A stretch of 64,000 nucleotides of DNA from an uncultured Gemmatimonadales bacterium (GCA_963798085.1 CAWCRS010000008.1:288001-352000); one strand, 5' to 3'; shown: positions 1-10,890, counted from the first letter of the stretch. Notes: generated from the letters alone by a model not told the origin. Program-made: numbers and translations.

Positions 1-880
1 GGTGCCGATCCCGAACGCGACGCAACCCGCTGCCGTAGCCGACGACGGGCCCGCCGACGAGCCGCTCGAGCCGCGCCGGATGTCCCACGGGTTGTTGGTG
101 CGGCCGCGATACCACTGATCGCCCTGTGCGAAGAGACCAGTCGCAAGTTTCGCCATCAGCACGGCGCCCGCGTTGCGCAGTCGCACGACGACTTCCGCGT
201 CCTCATCGATGACGCGATTCTCGAAGTCTTTCGAGCCCCACGTGGTACGCACACCCTTCGTCGAGAACAGGTCCTTCACGCCATAGGGAACGCCGTGCAG
301 GGGTCCGCGATATTTGCCGGCCTTGATCTCGGCATCGGCCCGCGCCGCTTCCGCCAGCGCCTGCTCCTCCATGAATCGTCACGGCGCAGAGCAGTGTCGG
401 GATCGAGGCGCTTGATGCGGTCCAGATAAATGCGTGTGATCTGCGTCGATGTGAGTTTGTTCGCCTTGATGAGCGCGGAGATGCGGTGCGCCGGCAGGAA
501 CGCCAGCTCGTCCGGCGAGGTGGGTACGGCGCCGGTCCACGGCTGGACCACGAAGGTTGCACGACGGAACGCCGCGGCACCATGCTCGCTCGACCATTTT
601 CTCCAGGAGTGCACCCGTACCGCCCGGATACGGCTGGAACGTCCACGACACCGGCTCGCCATTGCCCAGCGGCGCCGGCGGCTGCTGCTGCGGCGCCTGT
701 CCACCTGCGCGCCTGCGCCGCGGCGCGCCCGCCCAGACCGAACGTGCTCGCTGCCGCCGAGACCAGCGAGAAGAACACGAATTCACGGCGCCCCATGCCG
801 GTGAGTTCCTGCTCATCCGCCATCGGCTCCGCCTCGCTCTGCACCTGGTCCAGCAGTTCGAGCTCTTCGCGCATGTCCAT
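1..880 (-). CDS. Amidase (amidase-signature family) with Tat-like signal; runs off the window; frameshifted in the assembly
   Basis: ATG at 880 preceded by GGAG. RREFVFFSL twin-arginine-like signal. Joining frames gives GPLHGVPYGVKDL, AKLATG and NPWDIRRGSSGSSAGP, the amidase signature. Several indels between 390 and 700. Confidence 0.8.
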
Positions 881-965
881 GGTCAACTCCCGGTTCAGTC
901 TGTTCGTCTGTCCAAATCTCATGAACTGCGTTGCTGGTTGCTGGGGCGAGCCCCAGCAACGCAGT

Positions 966-2481
966 TCAGTTCCTTCGCGTCCAGACCGGCTTCTCGGGCA
1001 ATTTGTCGCGGTCCACAACGATGCCCTCCCGCATCACCAGCGACAGCTTGCGGATATTGTGCGATGTCCGCGGTCGGGTCGGCATCGAGCAGGAGGATGT
1101 CGGCGATCTTGCCGCTCTCCAGGGTGCCGAAATCCTTGAGGCCCTGCGAGGCGATGGCGCCGTTCTTCGTTGCTGGCACGATCGCCTGCGCTGGCGTCAT
1201 GCCCAGCTCGACGAGACCTTCGATCGCGGCCAGCGTGGCGGTGCCGGGCATGTGGTGGAAGTCGCTGCGTGGGTTGCGGCTGAACTCGGGTGCGCCGCTC
1301 AGGTACGTGTCCGTCGATGGCGTGGTGACGCAGCCGCCCTTGATCAGCTTCTGCGCGTTGCCGCGGCGCACAGCGATGCCATTCTGACGCCGGGCCTGGC
1401 GCAGCTCCCAGCCGGTCTTCTGCCGCTCGCCGGACTTCATGGTGTCGCTGCGCGCCGAGTCGGCACGCGCCGAGTCCGCGCGTTGCGTACGCTTCAGGTA
1501 ATCCTGCCACGGCTTGCCCGTGATGGTGTTGGCCAGAATCGAGCACATCACGTGACGGTCGACGATCAGCTGCACCAGGTCATCCGGGATGGGGATATCG
1601 TGCACTTCCGGGTGCTGGATCACGTCGATGCCCGCTTCCACGGAAATGCGCAGCGGCTCCGGGTTCGTCGAGTGCGTTTCCGCGAACCTGCCGTACTTGT
1701 GCACTTCCTCGACCAGCGCCTTCTGCTGCCGCGGCGAGAATGTGATCAGGCTGTTAGTGTGCGCCGTGCCGCCGTACTTCACGAAGTCGGGGCCCTTGTC
1801 CAGATACTTGTCCATGGCGATGCGCAGCTCGTCGGGCGACAGCTCGAGCAGCTCCTCGCCCGCGCCCTGCGCAATGAAGTCCATCATCTGCTCGTCGAAG
1901 TAGGTCTGCGGCGTGGAGTTCGAGAACAGCGGCGACTTGGGGCCGCCCCAGCCCACAATGTTGCCGGCCACCAGCATGCGTGGCCCCAGCAGCTTGCCGT
2001 GCCTGATGGAGTCGCGCACGACGATGAGCGGCAGCAATGCGCCGTAGCTGTCACGCACGTTGGTGATGCCGTACTTCAGCTCGGTCTGCGCCGCCTCCAC
2101 CACGAGATCCACGAACTGATCCTCGTAGCGCACCATGGACTCGCCGTTGTTGTAGAGCGAGAGGTGCACATTGGTGTCGGAGAAGCCGGGCGTGGCGAAT
2201 TTGCCGGTGGCATCGACAACCCGGGCGCCTTTGGGCACGGCGATGGACCCCTTCGGGCCGATGGCCGCGATGCGCTGGCCGCGCACTACAATCGTCACGT
2301 CCGGCACGGGTGGCCCACCGTTGCCGTCGATCAGGGTCGCACCGACCAGCGCCACCACATTTTCCGCAGGCGGCGCCACGCCCTTCTGCGCTGCCAGCTG
2401 GAGTGGAGCGAACAGCAGGATGAGCAGGGCGGGGGTGACTGCGATCCGGCGGAGCCGCCTGGCGCCGCGTCGAGCGATCAT
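966..2481 (-). CDS. Secreted amidohydrolase (imidazolonepropionase-like)
   Basis: ATG 2481 with GGAGG RBS and signal peptide. Motifs VDATGKFATPGFSDTNVH and GTLESGKIADILLLDADP. One indel near 1060; the corrected end LVMREGIVVDRDKLPEKPVWTRRN* stops at 966. Confidence 0.85.
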
Positions 2482-2649
2482 GGGAGCCTCCCGAAGCAGG
2501 GGACAGCAACATGCGCTGCCGGCCCGGAGCGGACAAGCGCCCCGGCGCACCGCCGGCCCGCAGGCGCGACCGAACGCGGTGCCCCCATGCGGCAGAAGAC
2601 TCCCGACCCGGAACCCCGGCAATCAGCGTCGCGGCCGGCGCCACGGGCA

Positions 2650-3858
2650 TCAGTGGCGCAGTTGCAGGCGCGCGAGGTCGACGAGCTGGAGGGTGCGGGA
2701 CACGTAGTTCGTGACGACGAGGGTGCGTCCGTCCGCCGTCACGCGCAGCTCGCGCGCGAAACCACCCGCCGGGATCGAATCGGACGGCGTCGCGCTGCCG
2801 GCACGCAGCCGTGCGGCGTCCAGCACGTAGAGCGGCTGGCTGTCGGCCACGTTGGCGGCGAAGCGGTTCGAGCTGGTGACGACGACGCTCCGGCCAGCAT
2901 CGATCACGGCCACGCCCACGGGCGCAGTACCCACCCGTCCCCGGCCGATCCGTGCGTGAGCCGTGTCCGTGCGCAGCTTCTGCGTGTCGAAGGCGAGGAG
3001 TGCGTTGTCGCCTCGGGCGGTGACATAGGCCACATCGCCGGCGGGCGAGAGCACCAGGCGCACGGGGTTGCAGCCTGCCGGCACGCGTGATAACACAGCA
3101 TTCGCCGGGTCTGTCCGCGCGCGCGCCACATCGATCACCAGGACCGCGCCCCTGCTGTGGTTGTCCGGCGTGCCTGCAGCCGAGCCTTCCGGCCGGCACT
3201 CGTTCGGCCAGTTCCAGGCGGGCGGCGCCGACTGGCTCGTGACGTACAGGTAGCGCGCATCCGGTGAGAGCGTGACCGCGATCGGCGCATTGCCCGTGGC
3301 AATCGAGCCAATCGTGGCCGCATCACTGTAGCCTCTGGCGCGCGCTTTCACGAGATCGATGGCGAGGACCGAGGCGGCGCGCTCGGCCGCCACAAACACG
3401 GTCTTATCGTCGGGCGTGACATTCACGTAGACCATGCCGGTCGGCTGGTCATCGCCCATGTACCCCAGCACCGGATCACCCTGGCCGGACTGCAGGCGGC
3501 CGACGTCCAGGAATCCGAGCCAGCCCCCGGCTGCGACAATGAGCAGCCGCCCGTCGTGCGTCAGCACCGCACCCGCGGGTGTGCCCTTCATGATCACCCG
3601 ACGAACCAGCGTCACCGTGCCGGCGGCCCGCCGCAGCACGGCGAGCGAAGCCTGCGGCGAGTCCTGCTGCACCAGGGTCACGAAGATCCAGCACCCGTCC
3701 GCCGTCACCACCGGCTCGAACGGATTCGCGGGCATCGGGATGTGCACAATGGAGTCGCGCGCCGGCTGGTTGCAGTTGCTCTGCGCCTGCGCGGTGCCGG
3801 CGGCGCCCAGCAGCGTGACCACGAGTGACCCGGGCAAGGCCATGCGGGCGCGCCTCAT
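2650..3858 (-). CDS. Secreted YncE/YVTN-type beta-propeller protein
   Basis: 402-aa ORF with signal peptide and repeated blades (TGNAPIAVTLSPDARYLYVT, AGCNPVRLVLSPAGDVAYVT, VGTAPVGVAV). AGGAGG RBS. Confidence 0.8.
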   Translation of the reverse strand: MRRARMALPGSLVVTLLGAAGTAQAQSNCNQPARDSIVHIPMPANPFEPVVTADGCWIFVTLVQQDSPQASLAVLRRAAGTVTLVRRVIMKGTPAGAVLTHDGRLLIVAAGGWLGFLDVGRLQSGQGDPVLGYMGDDQPTGMVYVNVTPDDKTVFVAAERAASVLAIDLVKARARGYSDAATIGSIATGNAPIAVTLSPDARYLYVTSQSAPPAWNWPNECRPEGSAAGTPDNHSRGAVLVIDVARARTDPANAVLSRVPAGCNPVRLVLSPAGDVAYVTARGDNALLAFDTQKLRTDTAHARIGRGRVGTAPVGVAVIDAGRSVVVTSSNRFAANVADSQPLYVLDAARLRAGSATPSDSIPAGGFARELRVTADGRTLVVTNYVSRTLQLVDLARLQLRH

Positions 3859-4030
3859 GATTCAGTGCTCCTCCTGCGCAAAGCCAAAGTCAGGCCGTGA
3901 GGCAGGCGATGTCGAAACCAGGCGGCTTGCCTTCGGCTCGGCGGCTCCGCGTGAGAACGATCCGTCACCGGAACTCGCCGTCGCGGATTTCGCGTCTCCG
4001 GGTCCCGCCGTGCCCGATTCTCGCGAACAC

Positions 4031-5842
4031 TCAGAAGCCTGTCGGCCGCTCGCCCACCACGCCCAGCTCCTGCTCCAGCCGCAGCCCCACCCGCCCGATG
4101 GTGCCTTCATCGAACAGGTGTCCTAACAGCGTGATGCCGTGCGGCACGCGCCGGGGCGGCGAAAACTTCGGCAGCGGATTGGCGGGGTCGGGCGCCCAGT
4201 CGCTTCTCGCCTCGGCCACCTCGACGAAGCCGGCGCGCAGCGTGACCGAGGGGTGGCCCGTGAAGTTCGAGATGGTGAGCATCTCGTCCCGCAGTGAAGG
4301 CACGACCAGCAGGTCGATCTGCGAGAAGACGCGTGCCATCTCGCCTGCCACCATGCGGCGGAAGCGGTCGCCCTGAACGAAGTCCACGGCCGACAGGAAA
4401 CGCGACATGCGGAAGAGGTTGGGCCAGGCATCGGGCACCTGCGCCTTGAGTTGATTCACGCCGCCGCTCAGCGTCAGGTCCTCGAACGCGGCGGCCGCTT
4501 CGCTGAACAGGTTGAGCAGCAGGTTGCCGTAGGGCCAGTCGGGCAGCGAAACCTCGACCGGTGTCAGGCCCAGCTTCTTCAGGGTCTCGAACGCCACGCG
4601 ATCGACATCGGTGGCCGGGCCCTCGTCCATCCATTTCGGGAAGTAGCCCAGCCGCAGTCCGCTGACAGACGCGTTCGCATCGTACTCCAGGTTCGCGGGC
4701 CGCGTCGCCAGATCGCCCGCATCGGGTCCGGCAATGGCGTGCAGCACGAGCATGGCATCCTCCACGCTGCGCGTCATGGGGCCCAGCTTGTCCAGCGACC
4801 AGCACAGCGTCATGGCGCCTGTGCGCGGCACCCGCCCGTACGTCGGGCGCAGGCCCGTCACGCCGCAGCGCATGCTCGGGCTCACAATGCTGCCGCCCGT
4901 TTCACTGCCAATGGAGAAGGCGACAAGGCCCGCAGCGGTCGCGGCGCCCGGTCCGGCGCTCGATCCGGACGCACCCTCCTCGAGCAGCCACGGATTCATG
5001 GTCTGGCCGCCGAACCAGATGTCATTGAGTGCGAGCGCGCCCAGGCTGAGCTTGGCCAGCAGCACACCGCCCGCCTGGTGCAGCCGCGCGACGACCGCGG
5101 AATCCGCAGCGGGCACGCGGTCACGGAACGGCTCGGCGCCATACGTCGTCGCGATCCCCGCAGTGTCCAGCAGATCCTTCACGCCATAGGGGATGCCGTG
5201 CAGCGGACCGCGGTACTTCCCGGCCGCGATCTCGCCGTCCGCCTGCTTCGCCTGCTGCAGCGCGTTTTCCCGGTTGAGCGTGATGATCGAGCGGATCTTC
5301 GCATCCAGCCGCTCAATGCGCGCCAAATAGATGTTAGTGAGTCGCTCCGACGTCAGTTTCTTCTGCTGGATCCACTGCGACAGCTGCCAGACCGGCGCGA
5401 AGGCAATGTCGTCATCACCTGAAGGCAGCGCACCCGGGCTGGCCGTGCTGCGCACGAAGCGGTCCCGCGCCGGCCCGCTGCTGAGGCCCGGCAGCACGGG
5501 ATTCCACTGTGTGGCCGGCGCCAGCTCCGGCTTCAGCTCGACCTTGCGCGGGCCCGTGCGCCGCTCCAGCAGCGGCGCCATGGTACGGCGCCAGCTGGCG
5601 GCGGCCATGCGCTCTTCCGGGTCGCTCATCGTGACCTGCGCCAGCTTCCCGGCCTCGTCGAAGGTGAGCGGCCGCACCGCGGGACCGACCTCCGGCGCCG
5701 TGCCGAACGCGGGCGGAGCGCCCGGCGTCGCAGCCGGACTCTGTGTCGTCGCCTGCGTCTGCGGCTTCTCTCCGCCGCACGCGGCGGCCAGCGTGACGAG
5801 ACCGATGGGCGCCTGGATGAGGAACTGTCGCCGGGTGTTCAC
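4031..5842 (-). CDS. Amidase (amidase-signature family), Tat lipoprotein
   Basis: GTG 5842 with GGAGA RBS. TRRQFL signal followed by LAAAC. Motifs GPLHGIPYGVKDL, GASGSSAGP and IGSETGGSIVSPS (Ser-cisSer-Lys). Confidence 0.9.
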   Translation of the reverse strand: MNTRRQFLIQAPIGLVTLAAACGGEKPQTQATTQSPAATPGAPPAFGTAPEVGPAVRPLTFDEAGKLAQVTMSDPEERMAAASWRRTMAPLLERRTGPRKVELKPELAPATQWNPVLPGLSSGPARDRFVRSTASPGALPSGDDDIAFAPVWQLSQWIQQKKLTSERLTNIYLARIERLDAKIRSIITLNRENALQQAKQADGEIAAGKYRGPLHGIPYGVKDLLDTAGIATTYGAEPFRDRVPAADSAVVARLHQAGGVLLAKLSLGALALNDIWFGGQTMNPWLLEEGASGSSAGPGAATAAGLVAFSIGSETGGSIVSPSMRCGVTGLRPTYGRVPRTGAMTLCWSLDKLGPMTRSVEDAMLVLHAIAGPDAGDLATRPANLEYDANASVSGLRLGYFPKWMDEGPATDVDRVAFETLKKLGLTPVEVSLPDWPYGNLLLNLFSEAAAAFEDLTLSGGVNQLKAQVPDAWPNLFRMSRFLSAVDFVQGDRFRRMVAGEMARVFSQIDLLVVPSLRDEMLTISNFTGHPSVTLRAGFVEVAEARSDWAPDPANPLPKFSPPRRVPHGITLLGHLFDEGTIGRVGLRLEQELGVVGERPTGF

Positions 5843-6032
5843 TGTGGCAGTCTCCGGTCCGGTTCGGGCTGTGCGTGTGAGAGCGTGGAGTATAGGGAGT
5901 CGCGTTAGTGATGGCGAGACAGCGTGAGCCAAGGAGCCGTTGGCGAACGGCGCCAGTCCGCCGGACCATCGGGCGTCGAACGGCGGGCTCACGCGGAGCG
6001 AAGACGCGAGGACTGTGGGGAATTCGTCGCGG

Positions 6033-6236
6033 TCATGGCGACTGTCGGGAGCGGCTCGTGCAGATCTTGTGGACGATGTGCCAGGCGCCGTTCACGCGCA
6101 GCAGATTGAGATAGTCCGTGTAAATGGAGCGCGGGTACGTTTCGACGACCTTGACGCTGGCGGCATCGCCGCCAGGGCGGCGCCGCGTACCGGGGCCCTG
6201 CGCGCGTGACGCAAACGCCGGAGCGTGCTGCGACAT
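6033..6236 (-). pseudogene. C-terminal remnant of an NTF2-like (putative lumazine-binding family) protein
   Basis: GDAASVKVVETYPRSIYTDYLNLLRVNGAWHIVHK resembles the family C-terminus. There is no N-terminal half; the divergent permease starts 30 bp away. Confidence 0.5.
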
Positions 6237-6266
6237 CCAACAACGGGGCCATCCGGAGGGTGACGC

Positions 6267-8729
6267 GTGACAGAACAGACCGTACGGGATCCGGGTCCGC
6301 GCCGGCGCGCGTCCCGCCTGCTGGCGGGACCGTGGCAGGACATGTGGTATGCGCTGCGCATACTGCGCCGCAACAGGGTGTTTGCGGCGGCGACGATCCT
6401 CACGCTCGCCCTCGGCATGGGCGCGACCACGGCCGTGTTCAGCATCGTGAACGGCGTGCTGCTGCGGCCGTTGCCGTACGCGGGTCCCGACCGCCTGGTG
6501 CAGGTCTACGAAACCGCACCGCTCACGCCCGAAGGCACGGTCGTGGGCGGCGCGTACCTGCAGGCGTTCCGCGAGAACAGCAGCCAGTTCGACGGCTTCA
6601 GCGCGTACCAGGTAACGGCGCGTTATCTACGCCAGGGCGACGCGGCCCGGCGTCTGATGGCGGTGCTGTCGGACCGCCAGCTGTTCGCCGTGCTGGGTGC
6701 CTCGCCCATGGCCGGGCGCACGTTCAGCGCGGACGATCCCGAAAGCGTCGTCGTCATCAGCGAGGCCTTCTGGAACGAGAGCCTGGGGCACGACCCGGCC
6801 GTGATCGGGCGCACGCTGACCCTCGATGAGCGCAGCTGCACGATCATTGGTGTGATGCCGGACGCGTTCCAGTTCCCCTATCGCGCGGGCTCGCTGCTTC
6901 CCGGCGTCGCGTCGGAAGCGCGCATCGAGGTCTGGCTTCCAGTCGGACCACCGGGTCAGCCGGCACGCGGCCGCATGAGCGTCGTCGGCCGGCTGCGCAC
7001 GGGGGCGGCACTGCTCTCCGCAGAACGCGAGCTGGCGCGCATCACGAGTCGCGTCGAGGCGACGGATCCCGGCATCGTGCGTGGCCGCGGCGTACGCCTT
7101 GTGCGCCTGGCCAATGTCGTTGTGGGCCCTGTCCGCCGCCCGCTGCTGCTGTTGTGTGCGGCTGTCGCCATGGTGCTGGCGCTCGCGTGCGCCAACATCG
7201 GCAACCTCGCGCTCGTGCGCATGACGTCGCGCCAGGGCGAAGTGGCGGTGCGCGCGGCGCTGGGCGCAGGGCCGATACTGCTGGTGCGCCAGTTCCTGAC
7301 CGAAAGTCTGCTGCTTTCGCTCGGCGGCGGCACCATCGGGCTCGTGCTCGCCGTAGTGGGCACCAGCCGCCTGATGGTTTTCGCTCGCGCACACATCCCG
7401 CGCGCTCCCGCGATCGTCTTCGATTGGCAGGTCTTCCTGTTTCTCTTTGTGGTCTGCCTGCTCGCCGGTCTCGCCTTCGGTCTGGTGCCCGCACTCATCG
7501 CGCGTCGCACGTCGCCGCAGAGCGCCCTGCAGGAGGGCGGTTTGCGCGGAACACTGGGCCCGGGACCTCGCCGGCTGCGCGATACGCTCGTCGTCGCCGA
7601 GGTTTCCCTCGCCTTCGTGCTCGCCATCGCCGGTGCGCTGCTCGTGCGCGAGCTGCTCCGCCTGCGCCGCACCGATCCCGGCATCGACACGCACAACGTC
7701 ATCACCGTTCACGTGGGCCAGTCACACACAATGGCCAGCAGTGTGGCGGACCTGCAGGAGATTGCCGCGCGGGTGGCGCAGCTGCCGGGCGTCAGCGCAG
7801 CCGGCTTCACGCAGCTGCTGCCACTGCAGAACTGGGGCTGGAACAGCAGCTCGATTGACTTCACGTGGGATGGCAGCACGCTCGATGCGGCAAGCGCATT
7901 CCCGATCGAGTTGCGCTTCGTGACACCGGGTTACTTCGCGGCGCTCGGCATGACACTGCGCAGCGGCCGCGCTTTCACCGATGGGGACACGCCCGATGCG
8001 ACTCCCGTAATTGTCATCAACGAGACGCTGGCACGTCGCGTCTTCGGCCCGCGAGATCCCGTGGGCACGCGCACGAGTCGCGGTACTGTGGTGGGCGTGA
8101 CTGCCGATGTGCGACAGGTCAACCTGGACCGCACTGCGCTGCCCGAGATCTACTATCCCATCGCGCAGAACTGGTCGCAGGTTCCGGAACTGGGCATGTC
8201 GCTGGTCGTGCGCGTCCGCGATGCACGCGCGGGCCTGGTCGACGCGGTGCGTGCCATCATCCATGCGGTGAATCCGCAGCTCGCCATCTTCAACACGCGC
8301 GCAATGGACGATGTGGTCGCGGATTCGCTTTCCGAATTCACGCTCTACTTCTGGCTGATGCTTTCGTTTGCGTTGCTCGCGCTGGTGCTGGCGACGACGG
8401 GTACCTATGGTGTGATCGCGCACGCCGCGGCGGCGCGCAACCGCGAGTTTGCCATACGCATGGCGGTGGGCGCCGACCGGGCAGGCGTGGCGAGGCTGGT
8501 GCTGGCGCACGGAACACGGCTGACGCTCATCGGACTCGCGTGCGGGCTTGGGTTCGCGCTCGCGGCCACACCGCTCCTGCGCAACCTGCCCGTCGCCATC
8601 CGCCCGCCCGACCTCGCCACCACACTGCCGGTCGCGCTGCTGATTGCTGTTGTCGCGTTGATCGGAAGCCTGGTGCCGGCGCGCCGGGCCGCGCGCGCCG
8701 ACCCCATGATCATGCTGCGGAACGAGTAA
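6267..8729 (+). CDS. ADOP-type duplicated ABC permease (MacB_PCD/FtsX x2)
   Basis: 820 aa. QDMWYALRILRRN...TLALGMGATTAVFSIVNGVLLRPLPY, LACANIGNL, EVAVRAALGA, and C-terminal PARRAARADPMIMLRNE. Confidence 0.93.
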   Translation: MTEQTVRDPGPRRRASRLLAGPWQDMWYALRILRRNRVFAAATILTLALGMGATTAVFSIVNGVLLRPLPYAGPDRLVQVYETAPLTPEGTVVGGAYLQAFRENSSQFDGFSAYQVTARYLRQGDAARRLMAVLSDRQLFAVLGASPMAGRTFSADDPESVVVISEAFWNESLGHDPAVIGRTLTLDERSCTIIGVMPDAFQFPYRAGSLLPGVASEARIEVWLPVGPPGQPARGRMSVVGRLRTGAALLSAERELARITSRVEATDPGIVRGRGVRLVRLANVVVGPVRRPLLLLCAAVAMVLALACANIGNLALVRMTSRQGEVAVRAALGAGPILLVRQFLTESLLLSLGGGTIGLVLAVVGTSRLMVFARAHIPRAPAIVFDWQVFLFLFVVCLLAGLAFGLVPALIARRTSPQSALQEGGLRGTLGPGPRRLRDTLVVAEVSLAFVLAIAGALLVRELLRLRRTDPGIDTHNVITVHVGQSHTMASSVADLQEIAARVAQLPGVSAAGFTQLLPLQNWGWNSSSIDFTWDGSTLDAASAFPIELRFVTPGYFAALGMTLRSGRAFTDGDTPDATPVIVINETLARRVFGPRDPVGTRTSRGTVVGVTADVRQVNLDRTALPEIYYPIAQNWSQVPELGMSLVVRVRDARAGLVDAVRAIIHAVNPQLAIFNTRAMDDVVADSLSEFTLYFWLMLSFALLALVLATTGTYGVIAHAAAARNREFAIRMAVGADRAGVARLVLAHGTRLTLIGLACGLGFALAATPLLRNLPVAIRPPDLATTLPVALLIAVVALIGSLVPARRAARADPMIMLRNE

Positions 8730-8750
8730 CGACCCCGCGAAAACGGAGCG

Positions 8751-9296
8751 TCAGGCCGTGGCGTGCTGCCCGCCGGCTGGCGCATCGACGGGCTGCGCGG
8801 CCGGCTTGGTGAGCGGTGCCAGGCGAGGCTCCGCGCCCAGCCAGTACAGGCCGTTAGCCATGATGCAGAAGCCGGTGGCTGCGAACCACACCATCGCCAC
8901 ACCCACGAACCCCGTGAAGGCGAGCCACCACGGGCTGTGCAGCAGAGACAGCGCGGAAGCGATGTTCAGGTTGATGCCGACGGCGAGGTAGATGCGACGC
9001 TCGAGATACCAGCGATCGGTCTGCATGAAGTAGAACCTGCCGCGCTTCTCCGCGGCCTGGCCCAGCATGGGCGTGAAGCCGAGGCGGGCGAGCACATTGC
9101 CGATGACGCAGAAACCGGTGAGTGCGACGGTGATGGAAGCCACGCCGGTCGCCATGACGCCGAGGATCCACAGCGGATTGACGAAGAGGGCGAGGCTCGT
9201 CGCCACGAGCAGGACACATCCGGCAATCAGCCAGACCGTCCGCTCGATGTACCACCGGTGTGTGGGAACGATGTAGACGCCACCCCGCAAAGCCAT
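8751..9296 (-). CDS. Membrane protein with two DUF2892/YgaP-like repeats
   Basis: ATG 9296 with GAGGAGG RBS. Internal repeat RWYIER...ALTGFCVIGNVLARLG / RWYLER...AATGFCIMANGLYWLG. Confidence 0.75.
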   Translation of the reverse strand: MALRGGVYIVPTHRWYIERTVWLIAGCVLLVATSLALFVNPLWILGVMATGVASITVALTGFCVIGNVLARLGFTPMLGQAAEKRGRFYFMQTDRWYLERRIYLAVGINLNIASALSLLHSPWWLAFTGFVGVAMVWFAATGFCIMANGLYWLGAEPRLAPLTKPAAQPVDAPAGGQHATA

Positions 9297-9314
9297 ACGT
9301 CCTCCTCTCGTTGT

Positions 9315-9333
9315 TCCTAACAATGTGTCAGGA
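9315..9333. promoter_or_regulatory. Palindromic operator-like site upstream of the DUF2892 gene
   Basis: TCCTAAC-N5-GTCAGGA, an inverted repeat with 1 mismatch in an AT-richer patch just upstream of the RBS. Confidence 0.4.
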
Positions 9334-9615
9334 TACGCTCGGACAGGCAGGGTCGGGCAGCGCAGCAATACGGCCGGACCGTGACCATCGACGGCGCCGC
9401 CAGGCCCGGCTGCAGGCTGACGCATACTTATGCCCGGCGGGAGAACTCGTCAAGACTGCGGGAGCAGCTGTCGGAAGGAATGCTCGGCGCACGCGCGCGC
9501 AGCCGCCATGTCGCACGCAACCGCGCGGTCGCTGCGGCAAGCGCAGCGCGGGAAAATTTGTCTCGTTTCGCCGGCGCGAACCGCACGTCCTCCAGGAATT
9601 CGGCCGCTCGCCGCT

Positions 9616-10236
9616 TCAGAAACGGAACAGGCGATAGCCGGCGCTGAACGTCAGGTCGTGCTGCGCGCGCCGGCCCGGCACGCTCCACGCGCTGCTGCCT
9701 GGAGGCGGCGTGATGTCGGGTCCCGCAGGACTCCAGTAGTCCGCCAGCTCCAGACGGATCAATGCGCTCAGCGCGTTCAGCTCGATGCCCGCGCCCACGT
9801 GGGCCGCCGGTGCGTTGCTGGCGAAGTCCGCCATGCCCCCTTGCGCATCCTGTTTCCACCTGAAGCTGTAGTGCTTGAGGCCCGCACCGAGCACGCCGTA
9901 CGGTCGCATGGATCCGTTCGCAGGCGAGTAGACCATGTCGAGCACGCCCGCGGTCACGCGCAGGTCCGCACGCGCCGGGATGAACAGCGCGAGGCAGGGC
10001 AGCGGCGGCAGGCACGAGAATGTACCGCTCACATCCGCGGGCAGCGTCGTGAGACCCATGATTCTCGTGCTCAGGTGACGACCGGGGAAGCTGACCTGAC
10101 CGCTCGCCTCGAATCCCACGCTCGTTCCGGCCCGGCCGAAGGTGGCCACCACCACATCGCTCACCCGCGTGACCGTGCCCAGCGCGCTGCGCGGCACGAA
10201 GTACGCGATGCGCGGCGTGATCTCGAAGTCTTGCAC
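9616..10236 (-). CDS. Outer-membrane beta-barrel-like protein, apparently lacking a signal peptide
   Basis: Amphipathic strands (MRPYGVLGAGLKHYSF, AHVGAGIEL, IRLELADY) and C-terminal FSAGYRLFRF. Confidence 0.6.
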   Translation of the reverse strand: MQDFEITPRIAYFVPRSALGTVTRVSDVVVATFGRAGTSVGFEASGQVSFPGRHLSTRIMGLTTLPADVSGTFSCLPPLPCLALFIPARADLRVTAGVLDMVYSPANGSMRPYGVLGAGLKHYSFRWKQDAQGGMADFASNAPAAHVGAGIELNALSALIRLELADYWSPAGPDITPPPGSSAWSVPGRRAQHDLTFSAGYRLFRF

Positions 10237-10260
10237 GGCCGGGCGCGGCAGCGATACAAT
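10231..10260 (+). promoter_or_regulatory. sigma70-like promoter for the 10305 gene
   Basis: TTGCAC-N18-TACAAT, 45 bp upstream of an ATG with GGAGGAG RBS. Confidence 0.5.
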
Positions 10261-10304
10261 GCGGCCCGCACCGCCAGTGGCAAACTCTCTCGGAGGAGCA
10301 CACC

Positions 10305-10604
10305 ATGTTACTGATACGCGACATCATGTACTGCAAGCCCGGCAAGGTCCGCGCGCTGGTCGACAAGTTCAAGGCGATGTCGAAGCTCAGCGAGCAGCAC
10401 GGCATGGGGAAGATGCGCATCATGACCGACATCTGCGCGGAGCAGTACTGGACGATGGTCTCGGAAATGGAAGTACCCAGCATGGATGCGTTCATGAAGA
10501 CGATGTCGGACCCGGAGCTGATGAAGGAGTTCGAGCCGCTCATGAAGGGCTACCATGAGCTGGTCGAATCGGGTCGTCGCGAGATCTACAACCTCGAAAA
10601 CTAG
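10305..10604 (+). CDS. Small NIPSNAP-like / dimeric alpha+beta barrel protein
   Basis: 99 aa with strong RBS. IRDIMYCKPGKVRALVDKFK...TMVSEMEVPSMDAF...GRREIY pattern. Confidence 0.7.
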   Translation: MLLIRDIMYCKPGKVRALVDKFKAMSKLSEQHGMGKMRIMTDICAEQYWTMVSEMEVPSMDAFMKTMSDPELMKEFEPLMKGYHELVESGRREIYNLEN

Positions 10605-10606
10605 CG

Positions 10607-10710
10607 TGTTAACAGGAGGTTAACAGGGGAACGGGAACGGAGACGGGCAGAGAGAGGGTCGGAGGCGGAGGAGGAGGGGGGATGGTTGGGGGGAAGGGGC
10701 AGGGAGCGTG
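10607..10710 (+). repeat. Purine-rich degenerate short-period repeat (GGGAAC/GGAGAC/GGGCAG)
   Basis: GTTAACAGG x2, then gggaacgggaacggagacgggcagagagaggg...ggaggaggagggggatgg. Similar to the reverse complement of 26585-26670. Confidence 0.6.
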
Positions 10711-10890
10711 GTTGCACGAAGGATCTCGCCGCGGGCCAGGCCCATCATTGCCGCGCCCGTGAGGCGCGGGCAACGCAGGGTAGGGCGGCCTGCCCCGGCC
10801 GCGACCGCACACGGAACGGGCGCGTCGGCCGGCCACGGTCATGTCACGGTACGAGCATTCGTCGCCCGAAATGCAGTTCCACGGCTGAGG

